A stretch of 60,040 bases of DNA from Phycisphaerae bacterium (GTDB lineage: Bacteria > Planctomycetota > Phycisphaerae > WQYP01), in the NCBI GenBank assembly GCA_038248985.1, contig JBBRWV010000004.1, positions 1 to 60,040 of the forward strand. The letters run 5' to 3'. Both the position numbers and the translations under genes were made by a program. Shown piece after piece: positions 30,477 to 38,947 of this stretch. The notes beneath the pieces were generated by a model. That model had not been told where the DNA came from and did not search any database. It worked only from the letters and a program-made list of their open reading frames with translations. Within the stretch, counting starts at the first letter, position 1. Each line of letters starts with the position of its first letter.

Positions 30477-31478
30477 ATGCTCAGTCGCGTGGCAGAATCA
30501 ATTTACTGGATGAACCGCTACATTGAGCGGGCGGATAACGTGGCGCGCTTCGTTCTCGTCAATTTGCACCTCATGCTGGATATACCCGGTGGCGGCGTAA
30601 TTGGCGTCGGCGGGCAATGGCAACCCTTAATCTGGACGACGGGCGATGACAAACTTTTTTTGAAGCGCTATCCAGAACCCGGCTCCGAAAATGTCATGCA
30701 GTTCCTCACCTTCGATGGTGAAAACCCCAACTCGATTATCTCCTGCATTCGCAGTGCCCGTGAAAACGCCCGGACGATCCGCGAATCCATCTCCTCCGAA
30801 ATGTGGATCACGCTCAACCGCTTCTATCTGCTGTTGACCGATCCTGACGCTCCCACGCGCGCCGCCAACGATCCCCATGCTTTTTATTCAGACATCCGCA
30901 CCGCATGCTCGCTTTTTGCGGGTGAAGCGGAAGGAACAATGTCACACGGCGAGGGATATCACTTCGGCGAGATCGCCAAGATGATTGAACGCGCAGACAA
31001 AACCTCGCGCATCCTCGACGTGAAATATTTCATTTTGCTGCCGAAAGTAGAGAACGTCGGCATGCCGATTGATACACTTCAATGGGCGGCATTATTGAAG
31101 TCCGCCTCCGCGTTGGAAATGTACCGCAAGCAATACGCCACTATCACTCCCAAACGCGTCAGTGAATTTCTGCTGCTCAACCGGGAATTCCCTCGCGCTG
31201 TGCGCTACTGCCTCGGTCGCATCGAGGATTCCCTGCGCGCCATCACCGGCACATCCCTTGAAACTTTCTCCAACCCCGCAGAGCAAAAACTGGGGCGGTT
31301 ACTTGCGGATATGACGTACACGAATATTGATGAGATCACCAAAAACGGCCTGCACGAATACATTGATTCGCTGCAACTTCGCCTCAATACACTTGACGAT
31401 GCGATCTACCACACGTTTTTTGAAGTAAAGCCAGTGGAAACCGTGAAGGTGGGATCCGAAGAGGAAGTTACGATTTAG
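30477..31478 (+). CDS. alpha-E domain protein (stand-alone)
   Basis: MLSRVAESIYWMNRYIERADNVARF is the typical alpha-E N-terminus. The ORF-track start at 30432 is also possible. The 3' end overlaps convergent anmK by 11 nt. Confidence 0.85.
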   Translation: MLSRVAESIYWMNRYIERADNVARFVLVNLHLMLDIPGGGVIGVGGQWQPLIWTTGDDKLFLKRYPEPGSENVMQFLTFDGENPNSIISCIRSARENARTIRESISSEMWITLNRFYLLLTDPDAPTRAANDPHAFYSDIRTACSLFAGEAEGTMSHGEGYHFGEIAKMIERADKTSRILDVKYFILLPKVENVGMPIDTLQWAALLKSASALEMYRKQYATITPKRVSEFLLLNREFPRAVRYCLGRIEDSLRAITGTSLETFSNPAEQKLGRLLADMTYTNIDEITKNGLHEYIDSLQLRLNTLDDAIYHTFFEVKPVETVKVGSEEEVTI

Positions 31479-32691
31479 GGGCGGCGAAATTTCCAGAGTG
31501 TGCCGTCACGCCTAAAACGATGGGCCGACGGGCACCTGTCACACTGGTGACATTGCCTGGCCAACCATCGAGCGTGGCAGCGCCCAGAATTGCAAAGCTG
31601 GCCGCTTCTTTTGCTTTGTTGGGTATGCTAAATTCTTCAATGCGACGGATCCGTGCAGGAGCGGGTTTGACATAGGCGGACGTGAGTTCTGCCAGTTCTT
31701 CCGCAAGCATCTTCATCAGGGTGGGGTTGTCGGCGCCCCCGCCACACACGATGACTTCGTCAGGCGGTTCGGGCAGAAAGTTTATGTACGCGTCGACAAT
31801 CGACCACGCCGTCCAGCGGCACAGGGTGTGTAGAAGATCAGGAACAGCGATGGTGGGATTTTGTTGCATAAGCTCGCGAGCAAACGCAACACCGAAAACT
31901 TCGCGTCCCGTGCTCTTGGGAGGCCTCCGTTCAAAATAGGAATGAGCTTGAAGTTCACGGAACAATCTTCCCTGAAGCGTTCCCTTTTGCGCCATTTTTC
32001 CCCCACGATCGAAATGCAATTTTTTCTCGCCGCTGGCAGCGGTTGCCGCAACAATCACCGCATCCATCACCATGTTTCCTGGCCCCGTATCAAACGCCAA
32101 TATTTCACCCTCGACGCTGCGCGGCAGATAAGTGACATTCGCAATGCCGCCGATGTTTTGCACACAACGAATGACTCGTGAATCACTCAAAAGAGCGGCA
32201 TCAGCAAAGGGTACAAGGGGCGCGCCTTGCCCCCCCACGGCCATGTCGGCGGGGCGAAAATTTCCGACGGTCATTATGCCCGTGAGAACGGCAATCACCG
32301 ACACATCACCCAACTGCAGCGTAGAACCCATTTCAGTCACACGTTTTCGCTTGCTGTCGAATCGCGGCAAATGACAAACCGTCTGCCCGTGCGAAGCAAT
32401 CGCCGCAATCTTCATCTTCGCTATCCCCGACCCGGCAATGCAGCACGCGGCGGCATCGGCAAACACTTCGGCGACACGAACATTCAACTCGCATATATCT
32501 TCCATGGTCGCGGTCGCCGGGGCCATGACCTTGAGCAGCCGTGCCCGCAGCTTCTTCGGCCAGGTATGCTCGTAATGATGCAGAACTTTCGCTTTATACT
32601 TTCCCGCGCCGCCCCGAATGCGCACCAGCGCCGCATCCACTGCATCGACACTCGTCCCCGACATCAGCCCGACAATCAGCCTTTCGCCCAC
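31468..32691 (-). CDS. anmK: anhydro-N-acetylmuramic acid kinase
   Basis: 407 aa. LIVGLMSGTSVDAVDAALV N-terminus, NIGGIAN, and the FDTGPGN block characteristic of AnmK. Confidence 0.9.
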   Translation of the reverse strand: MGERLIVGLMSGTSVDAVDAALVRIRGGAGKYKAKVLHHYEHTWPKKLRARLLKVMAPATATMEDICELNVRVAEVFADAAACCIAGSGIAKMKIAAIASHGQTVCHLPRFDSKRKRVTEMGSTLQLGDVSVIAVLTGIMTVGNFRPADMAVGGQGAPLVPFADAALLSDSRVIRCVQNIGGIANVTYLPRSVEGEILAFDTGPGNMVMDAVIVAATAASGEKKLHFDRGGKMAQKGTLQGRLFRELQAHSYFERRPPKSTGREVFGVAFARELMQQNPTIAVPDLLHTLCRWTAWSIVDAYINFLPEPPDEVIVCGGGADNPTLMKMLAEELAELTSAYVKPAPARIRRIEEFSIPNKAKEAASFAILGAATLDGWPGNVTSVTGARRPIVLGVTAHSGNFAAPKS

Positions 32692-32752
32692 GCAGTCATC
32701 CCTTCATCCACGCCATGGACAAAACATAAAAACTCCCGTGGATATGCATTTT

Positions 32753-34216
32753 TCATCGCGCCCCCGCCAGCACCGGCAACGTCGTGGCCGTCGCCCAGCG
32801 CGTTTCCATAGCCTCCAATTCCTGCATCGCCGGTGAAACGTTGAAATTCACTACCTGCGCTTGCTGCCGCAACTCGGGCGGCACCTCGCACATAACCCGC
32901 ACCGCAGACATCACATCCTGCGCCGTTATTTCTTCCGGGAGCCGCGCCAACGCGTAAGAGTGCTCGAGGGTGACATGGACCAGCCCGGCTTGCACCAACG
33001 CGACCAGCAACTGTTCGCAAATTTCGTTGGGTATCATGAGTTCCTCTGCCGCTTCGTGCGACCGCAGAGCCTTCCCCTCGCGGAAACGACGGTACAGGAC
33101 CACGGCCAGAGACAGGGCCCATTTGAGGTCGGAAAGGGGAACAGGAGTCTTGCGCATGAAAAAATAGCGCCGTTTGAGCATGTACCAATATTGATGCATG
33201 TAGCTGATCTGCAGCCCGATGAGGATGAAAGTCCACGTAACGTATATCCACATCATAAAGAGCGGGAGAATGGCCAGCGAGCCGTAAAAATTACTGCCCC
33301 CGATGGAGCGTTCCACGTAAAAGCCAAAACCCGCTTTTCCACCTTCCCACAGAACCGCCCCGACAAATGATCCCATCAGAGCCGACTTCCACTGCACATG
33401 CGTTTCAGGAACTATCTTGTAAAGCAGCAGAACCAGCCCCCACGAAACCAGAAAACTCGTCACCAGGTTAATCGTGCTGACCAGCCATCCAAAATGGGCA
33501 TACGAGTCCGCCGTGGAAAAGGCGAGGCGGCCGAGCGTCAGAGATACACCGACACCGATCGGACCGAGCGTCAGCACGCACCAGTAGAGCAATATGCGGC
33601 GCGACCAACTCCTCCCCTTAATGACACGGTAAATCTGGTTGAACGCGCCTTCGATCACCACCATCAGCGATATGGCCCCGTACAGCAGGATCGCCAACGC
33701 AACCAGCCCCGTGACTGTGGTCTTGGAAGTCACCGAATTCTTCGCTTTCTCGAGCAGCGGCCGGATGGAATCCGACAGCATAAGCGGGTCGCCATATTCA
33801 TCGAGCGCAGGCTTGCCGTCCTTGTCCAGCATGGGCATTTTATCAAGCTGCAACTGCTCAAAAAGTTTCGATTGGACAACTCGGTCCAACTTGTTCTGGC
33901 TGGATATCGCCCCCAATACCAATAGTGCCAGAACCAGTATCGGCAGCAGCGAAAACAACGTCTTGTACGCGAGGGCTGCGGCCTGTTCGAAAGTTTCTTC
34001 TTCGTCAAATCGCTGCTTGAGAATATTGAAAATCAGCAGGCCTCGCGGCCACAAACTCTTGGCGATTCTCCGCCGACGCTGTTGCGTCTCACGTTTCCAG
34101 TTCTCGGAAACTCCGCCACCTTCAGCGCCGCCGCCCGGTTTCTCATTCATAGTCTTTCCCACCATTTTCAAAACCCTCCCTTCAAGCAACTGCAACTGCC
34201 AGGTGGGACGTGACAC
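32753..34216 (-). CDS. YihY/BrkB-family membrane protein fused to a C-terminal Rrf2-like winged-helix domain
   Basis: FEQAAALAYKTLFSLLPILVLALLVLG and six TM segments typical of YihY. The C-terminal ~130 aa (LKWALSLAVVLYRRFREGKALRSHEAAEELMIPNEICEQLLVALVQAGLVHV...ARLPEEITAQDVMSAV) follow the Rrf2 wHTH pattern. GTG at 34216; alternative ATG at 34150. Confidence 0.7.
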   Translation of the reverse strand: MSRPTWQLQLLEGRVLKMVGKTMNEKPGGGAEGGGVSENWKRETQQRRRRIAKSLWPRGLLIFNILKQRFDEEETFEQAAALAYKTLFSLLPILVLALLVLGAISSQNKLDRVVQSKLFEQLQLDKMPMLDKDGKPALDEYGDPLMLSDSIRPLLEKAKNSVTSKTTVTGLVALAILLYGAISLMVVIEGAFNQIYRVIKGRSWSRRILLYWCVLTLGPIGVGVSLTLGRLAFSTADSYAHFGWLVSTINLVTSFLVSWGLVLLLYKIVPETHVQWKSALMGSFVGAVLWEGGKAGFGFYVERSIGGSNFYGSLAILPLFMMWIYVTWTFILIGLQISYMHQYWYMLKRRYFFMRKTPVPLSDLKWALSLAVVLYRRFREGKALRSHEAAEELMIPNEICEQLLVALVQAGLVHVTLEHSYALARLPEEITAQDVMSAVRVMCEVPPELRQQAQVVNFNVSPAMQELEAMETRWATATTLPVLAGAR

Positions 34217-34219
34217 GCG

Positions 34220-35164
34220 TTATTCCGGCAGATCCGGTGATGGCTCCGCCTTGATCGTCGATCCTTCTTTGGCGGGTGGATCCGCGTCTTTACGCACCTC
34301 GCGCGCCATCGAAATCGCGCTGACCTTGCCCGCTTCAAACTTGACCAGCACAGTGACCTTGGCCGATTTTATTGCCCCTTCGGCCTTGGTGCCGGCAGAA
34401 TCCTCAACGGTCGTGATCTCGTCGCCGCTCGGTATCGCACCGGCTTCACGCGCGGCGGCTAGCACCAGCACCGCTTCGGCAATCTTCCCCCGATCCCCCG
34501 CTGTGGTCGCCGGACCATTCTCCGCCTGCATAAACTTCACCAGTCCCGCATCCGTGCCCACCACCTGCACTTTCCCGTCCGCAGCAATCGCCAGAACCAC
34601 GCGCGACGTAATCCATGCCGGAAGTTTCAACTTGGCCCCGAATTCTATCGCATAAAAAAGATGATTGGCAAACAACTCCCCCAGTAACCCCGCGGTGATC
34701 CGCTCCTGCTTGCACTTGAGCCCGTCTGCATTTTTCTTCAACCATTTGAAGATCACCTCGCGCGGCTTGATGCTGTTTTGCAGTCGAAAAGCCGCTGTCT
34801 CTGCCACCACACGTTTCACGCCCGTATGACGTATCGCCGCATCGCGCACCACATTCGTTGCCGATTTGCCCAAAGCAACCAGTTGGTCCTCTGCCGCATC
34901 GCGCTGCTGCGCGGTCGTATTTTGCTCCGGCAAATTACTGAGAACATTCTCCACCTGCCCCGTCATGGGATTGTTCGGATCTGAAACACCGTCCGGACTT
35001 TCCGACGGCATTTCAATGAACACATCTTCTACTTGTGGCATCGGCCCATCGTCTACTTGCATAAGCCACGCGTTGGCCGGCAGCAGACATTTTTCCGCAA
35101 ATACGCTTCCACCAAGTGCCATCAAGGTGCCCGCGCAGATCACCATGCAAGCTAATCGTCTCAT
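34220..35164 (-). CDS. hypothetical secreted protein (signal peptide)
   Basis: 314 aa. N-terminal MRRLACMVICAGTLMALGGSVFA signal-like sequence. No recognisable domain. The stop lies 3 nt before the yihY-like start. Confidence 0.55.
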   Translation of the reverse strand: MRRLACMVICAGTLMALGGSVFAEKCLLPANAWLMQVDDGPMPQVEDVFIEMPSESPDGVSDPNNPMTGQVENVLSNLPEQNTTAQQRDAAEDQLVALGKSATNVVRDAAIRHTGVKRVVAETAAFRLQNSIKPREVIFKWLKKNADGLKCKQERITAGLLGELFANHLFYAIEFGAKLKLPAWITSRVVLAIAADGKVQVVGTDAGLVKFMQAENGPATTAGDRGKIAEAVLVLAAAREAGAIPSGDEITTVEDSAGTKAEGAIKSAKVTVLVKFEAGKVSAISMAREVRKDADPPAKEGSTIKAEPSPDLPE

Positions 35165-35482
35165 CGTCGATGTCCCTCAAATCCATTGGCAGAACGTGCA
35201 AAACACCCTTTTCAGCACTCACAATAACCGATTGTTTCGGAGACGCAACGAATTCTTTCCTGGTTCAAGCCCGTCCGCATTGCCCGCCCTGAAAAGTCTT
35301 TCCCTTCCACTTCCGCGACGCCCCTCCTTCACTTTTTGTTCGCGGTTTTTGTATTCCGTCATCGCTTACGATAAAGTGCCCATGCCGGTATTTTGGAGTT
35401 CTGCAAGCAAAATTTATCGGGAGTGGTGGCTTTCGCGAAATTACGCATTGTTTCTCGACCTCCTTTCATGGATGCCCTTGTT

Positions 35483-36049
35483 ATGTCCCGTCGTTTCTTT
35501 AAACGTCTCCTTCCCTGCCGCAATCGGCTCGCCAAAGAGAAATTCTTCATGGGCCGTTTTTCGCGCCTCCTGGCGCAACCCAATTACTGGCATCTCAATC
35601 GCAACTCCACTGCCCGCGGCATTGCCTCCGGTGCGTTCTGGGCGTTTATTCCCATCCCCGGGCAAACCATACTTGCGATCCTTACCGCCATTTGTATTCG
35701 CGGAAATATCGGCCTCGCCATCGTCCTGACCTGGCTCTCCAACCCCTTCACAATGTTCTTCTGCTTCTACGCCGCGTACCGCTTGGGCCTTCTGGCCATG
35801 TTCAGATCTCCCAAAGAAAACTTTTTCGAGAACCTCACCCAGGCGTTTAAACTCCCTTGGGCTGATTTCTTCGCCTGGTGCAGTTCCAATCTCGATGTCC
35901 TGATCCCCTTCCTCATTGGCTCCGTTATCCTGTCCACCCTCTCCGCCATCATTTTTTATGTACTCTCCCACGCCTTCTGGCGACTGCTCCTAACCCTCAA
36001 AATACGGCGGCGTGCGACCCGCCTCCGCGCCGCTTTGGCGACGGCTTGA
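35483..36049 (+). CDS. DUF2062-family membrane protein
   Basis: MSRRFFKRLLP..NRNSTARGIASGAFWAFIPIPGQTILAILTAICIRGNIGLAIVLTWLSNPFT matches the DUF2062 pattern. ATG at 35483 is preferred. Confidence 0.7.
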   Translation: MSRRFFKRLLPCRNRLAKEKFFMGRFSRLLAQPNYWHLNRNSTARGIASGAFWAFIPIPGQTILAILTAICIRGNIGLAIVLTWLSNPFTMFFCFYAAYRLGLLAMFRSPKENFFENLTQAFKLPWADFFAWCSSNLDVLIPFLIGSVILSTLSAIIFYVLSHAFWRLLLTLKIRRRATRLRAALATA

Positions 36050-36196
36050 CATTCCACACTCCCAAACGCCTTGACATAAGCTGCCAAAACCGTATTCTAT
36101 TACGTTTCCCGCTGTCGAGCCTCCCGTGTGCCAATTGGCCTTGCCGTCAGCGTGCTAAACAGCATCCTCAAATGTTCCGGAAGGACTCAAGTTCCC

Positions 36197-36703
36197 ATGA
36201 CGACTGCCACCGATTCACCGACACTACCCGCCGCATCCAAGCCTGTCCGGCGCATCCGCGCCACGGCTGGCCGCACCACACTTGCCAAGGTTGGGCATAC
36301 CGATGCCCGCTGGTTTGTGGTCGATGCTGCAGACAAAATTCTGGGGCGCCTCGCTTCCAAGGTCGCCATCCGCCTGATGGGCAAACATAAGCCCATCTAC
36401 ACCACTTCGGTGGATACTGGCGATTTTATCGTCGTCCTGAATACCTCCAAGATCAAAGTCACCGGCAAAAAGGCCGAGCAACGCATCCAAGAATATTACA
36501 CCTACTACGCCGGTGGCCGTAAAACCAAGCCGCACAAAGAGCTCTTGGCCCAGCATCCCAACAAGGTGTTTGAGCTGGCCGTCCGCCGCATGCTCCCCAA
36601 AACCAAGATGGGCGAACAGATGCTCTCCAAGCTCAAGTGCTACAAGGATGAAAAACATCCCCATGTCGCCCAGCATCCGGAAAAACTTGAACTCCTGAAG
36701 TAA
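36197..36703 (+). CDS. rplM: 50S ribosomal protein L13
   Basis: WFVVDAADKILGRLASKVAIRLMGKHKPIYT..DTGDFIVVLN..GRKT..RMLPK. ATG at 36197 with GGAAGGA upstream. Short N-terminal extension. Confidence 0.93.
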   Translation: MTTATDSPTLPAASKPVRRIRATAGRTTLAKVGHTDARWFVVDAADKILGRLASKVAIRLMGKHKPIYTTSVDTGDFIVVLNTSKIKVTGKKAEQRIQEYYTYYAGGRKTKPHKELLAQHPNKVFELAVRRMLPKTKMGEQMLSKLKCYKDEKHPHVAQHPEKLELLK

Positions 36704-36785
36704 CCCGCAGCGGCCAATCTCCCGCTTTTTGATTCTAAACTGATTCTTAGTCGATTTTCCGCCACTACACTCTTCCGAGGAAATC

Positions 36786-37238
36786 ATGGCAGCAGAAGCA
36801 ACCGTCACCGCGACAGTTCCCGCCACGCGGGGCAAGGTCGTCCTCAAAGGCAAAACCTGGTTCTGGGGCACCGGCCGCCGGAAGAAGTCCGTTGCCCGTG
36901 TGCGTATCACCGCAGGCGAGGGTAAGTTCGTCGTCAACAAACGCGAAGTGGATAACTTCTTTCAGGAAACGAAAGATCGCCACTACGTCCGCGCCCCGCT
37001 CGTTGCCGCCAATATCGCCGGCACCATGGACATTGCCGTCACCGTCGATGGTGGTGGTTACACTGGCCAGGCTGGCGCGATCGTGCAGGGTCTGGCGCGT
37101 GCTCTGGTTCTCATGAACGATGAACTCCGCCCCAACCTCAAGGCCGGTGGATTCCTCTCCCGCGACAGCCGCATGAAAGAACGTAAGAAATACGGCCAAC
37201 GCGGTGCTCGTCGTCGCTTCCAGTTCTCCAAGCGCTAA
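36786..37238 (+). CDS. rpsI: 30S ribosomal protein S9
   Basis: GTGRRKKSVARVRI..GGGYTGQAGAIVQGLARAL..RDSRMKERKKYGQRGARRRFQFSKR. Confidence 0.95.
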   Translation: MAAEATVTATVPATRGKVVLKGKTWFWGTGRRKKSVARVRITAGEGKFVVNKREVDNFFQETKDRHYVRAPLVAANIAGTMDIAVTVDGGGYTGQAGAIVQGLARALVLMNDELRPNLKAGGFLSRDSRMKERKKYGQRGARRRFQFSKR

Positions 37239-37265
37239 GCGATCGCTACAATTTTTTGTCTATAC

Positions 37266-37301
37266 GAAGACGGCGATCCGCAAGGTTTGACGTCTTTTTT
37301 T
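37266..37301 (+). terminator. possible weak intrinsic terminator after rpsI
   Basis: 6-7 bp stem gaagacg / cgtcttt with an 18-nt loop, followed by T7 (37295-37301). Confidence 0.35.
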
Positions 37302-37348
37302 CGCGCTCGATTCCTCCGTGTGATAATTTTGAACAAGGTAGTTGCATC

Positions 37349-38317
37349 GTGAAACCAATAGTATTTGTCGATGGTCAAGAAGGCACGACGGGCCTGCGTA
37401 TCCACGAACATCTTGCGATGCGCAATGACTTGGAAATTCTCAAAATTGCCCCCGACAAACGCCGAGATCTGGCGGAGCGGGAAAAACTGCTCAACGCCGC
37501 AGATGTCGTTTTCCTCTGCCTCCCGGATGGCGCCTCCCGTGAAGCCGTCGGACTCGTAACCAATCCTCGCACCATTATCATTGATGCCAGTACCGCTTTC
37601 CGCACAGATCCCGCCTGGACCTTTGGCCTGCCGGAACTCCATCCGACCTATCGCACCAAGCTCAAGACTTCCAAGCGGATCGCCGTTCCCGGTTGCCACG
37701 CCACCGCCTTTCTCCTCCCGGTCGCTCCCCTCGTATCCTGCGGCGTCATCGCCCCCTCCGCCCCCCTGACCTGCTTCTCGCTCACCGGCTATTCCGGCGG
37801 CGGCAAAAAAATGATCGCCGAATACGAGTCGCCTGCCGCCCCTGCCAGTTTCAAAGGGCCGCGCCCCTACGCCCTGACCCTCGCCCACAAGCACCTTCCC
37901 GAAATGAAGACCCACTCCGGCCTGAATCAGCCGCCGCTCTTTCAACCGGTGGTCTGCAATGTTCACAGCGGCCTCACCGTCGAAACATTTCTGCCGGCCC
38001 CCCTACTCTCGGGCAGTGTCACGCCGCAGGAAATCCATACCCTGCTTTCCACCCACTACCAAGACGAACCCTTCATCCGCATCCTGCCCTTTGATCCGGA
38101 CGCGACCGGTACTCAACTTACTAACGGTTTCTTTGACATCACCGCCAACAACGGCACCAATCGCGCCGACATCGCCGTCTTCGGTAACTCCCGCAGCGCA
38201 GGAAATGTCCTCTTGCTGGCCCGTCTCGACAATCTGGGCAAAGGTGCTTCCACCGCCGCCATCCAATGTATGAATCTCGCTCTGAATCTAGATGAAACCA
38301 TCGGCTTGGCGAGCTGA
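37349..38317 (+). CDS. argC: N-acetyl-gamma-glutamyl-phosphate reductase (short, type-2 form)
   Basis: VKPIVFVDGQEGTTGLRI..DVVFLCLPDGASRE..RIAVPGCHATA (catalytic Cys)..ARLDNLGKGAS. GTG at 37349 is preferred over the ORF-track start at 37256. Confidence 0.9.
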   Translation: MKPIVFVDGQEGTTGLRIHEHLAMRNDLEILKIAPDKRRDLAEREKLLNAADVVFLCLPDGASREAVGLVTNPRTIIIDASTAFRTDPAWTFGLPELHPTYRTKLKTSKRIAVPGCHATAFLLPVAPLVSCGVIAPSAPLTCFSLTGYSGGGKKMIAEYESPAAPASFKGPRPYALTLAHKHLPEMKTHSGLNQPPLFQPVVCNVHSGLTVETFLPAPLLSGSVTPQEIHTLLSTHYQDEPFIRILPFDPDATGTQLTNGFFDITANNGTNRADIAVFGNSRSAGNVLLLARLDNLGKGASTAAIQCMNLALNLDETIGLAS

Positions 38318-38353
38318 CGGCTTGGGGGGCTGAGCTTACAACCTCCGACCAAC

Positions 38354-38379
38354 AAAAAACCCCAGGCACACGCCTGGGG
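38354..38379 (-). terminator. rho-independent terminator after the DUF2934 gene (- strand)
   Basis: 8-bp GC stem ccccaggc / gcctgggg with a 4-nt loop. On the - strand it is followed by T6 (+ strand a6 at 38354-38359). Confidence 0.75.
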
Positions 38380-38424
38380 TACTTTCTCCATCATCAGCCA
38401 GTCGTCCAACTGCCGAGCCGCCGC

Positions 38425-38703
38425 TTACAGTCCGGCCTTCAACTGCCGTTCGGCTTCAGCCCAATCCGCCGCCGGGTTGCCCGGGGCATAGCCGCGGCTG
38501 GCGTAGATCTCAAACGCCCGCTTGGCGATCAAATCGTGCGTCAACACCCGTCCTGGCGTCGCTGCAGCTTTCACTGCGGTGCCTGAACCTTTGACTTCCG
38601 ATTTCTGAGACGGGACGAGTGGAGTCGCCACCACCGCAGGCTTCACGGCCTTACTTGCGGATTTTGTGACTTCCGGGTTCTTGGTTTCTTTACGTGGGGG
38701 CAT
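38425..38703 (-). CDS. DUF2934-domain small basic protein
   Basis: 92 aa. C-terminal IAKRAFEIYASRGYAPGNPAADWAEAERQL is the DUF2934 signature. Lys/Ala/Pro-rich N-terminus. Confidence 0.75.
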   Translation of the reverse strand: MPPRKETKNPEVTKSASKAVKPAVVATPLVPSQKSEVKGSGTAVKAAATPGRVLTHDLIAKRAFEIYASRGYAPGNPAADWAEAERQLKAGL

Positions 38704-38947
38704 GAGAATTCTCCATAAAAATATTGGTACATGATGAACGTTCCATCGCCCATCATTTGATTATCCCGCCTATACAAGGCAAGATTACTTTCTACCGTAT
38801 TAATGAATATCCTCGCCGTTTCTCTACCCAGAACCGGCCAAGGACACCTATCGCAACTTACAATGGTTTATCGTGTTACCGGACGTTTGTCAAGAAACTC
38901 TCAAAATCACTTTTATGACCAGAATCGCGCCCCCCTACCACCACCCG

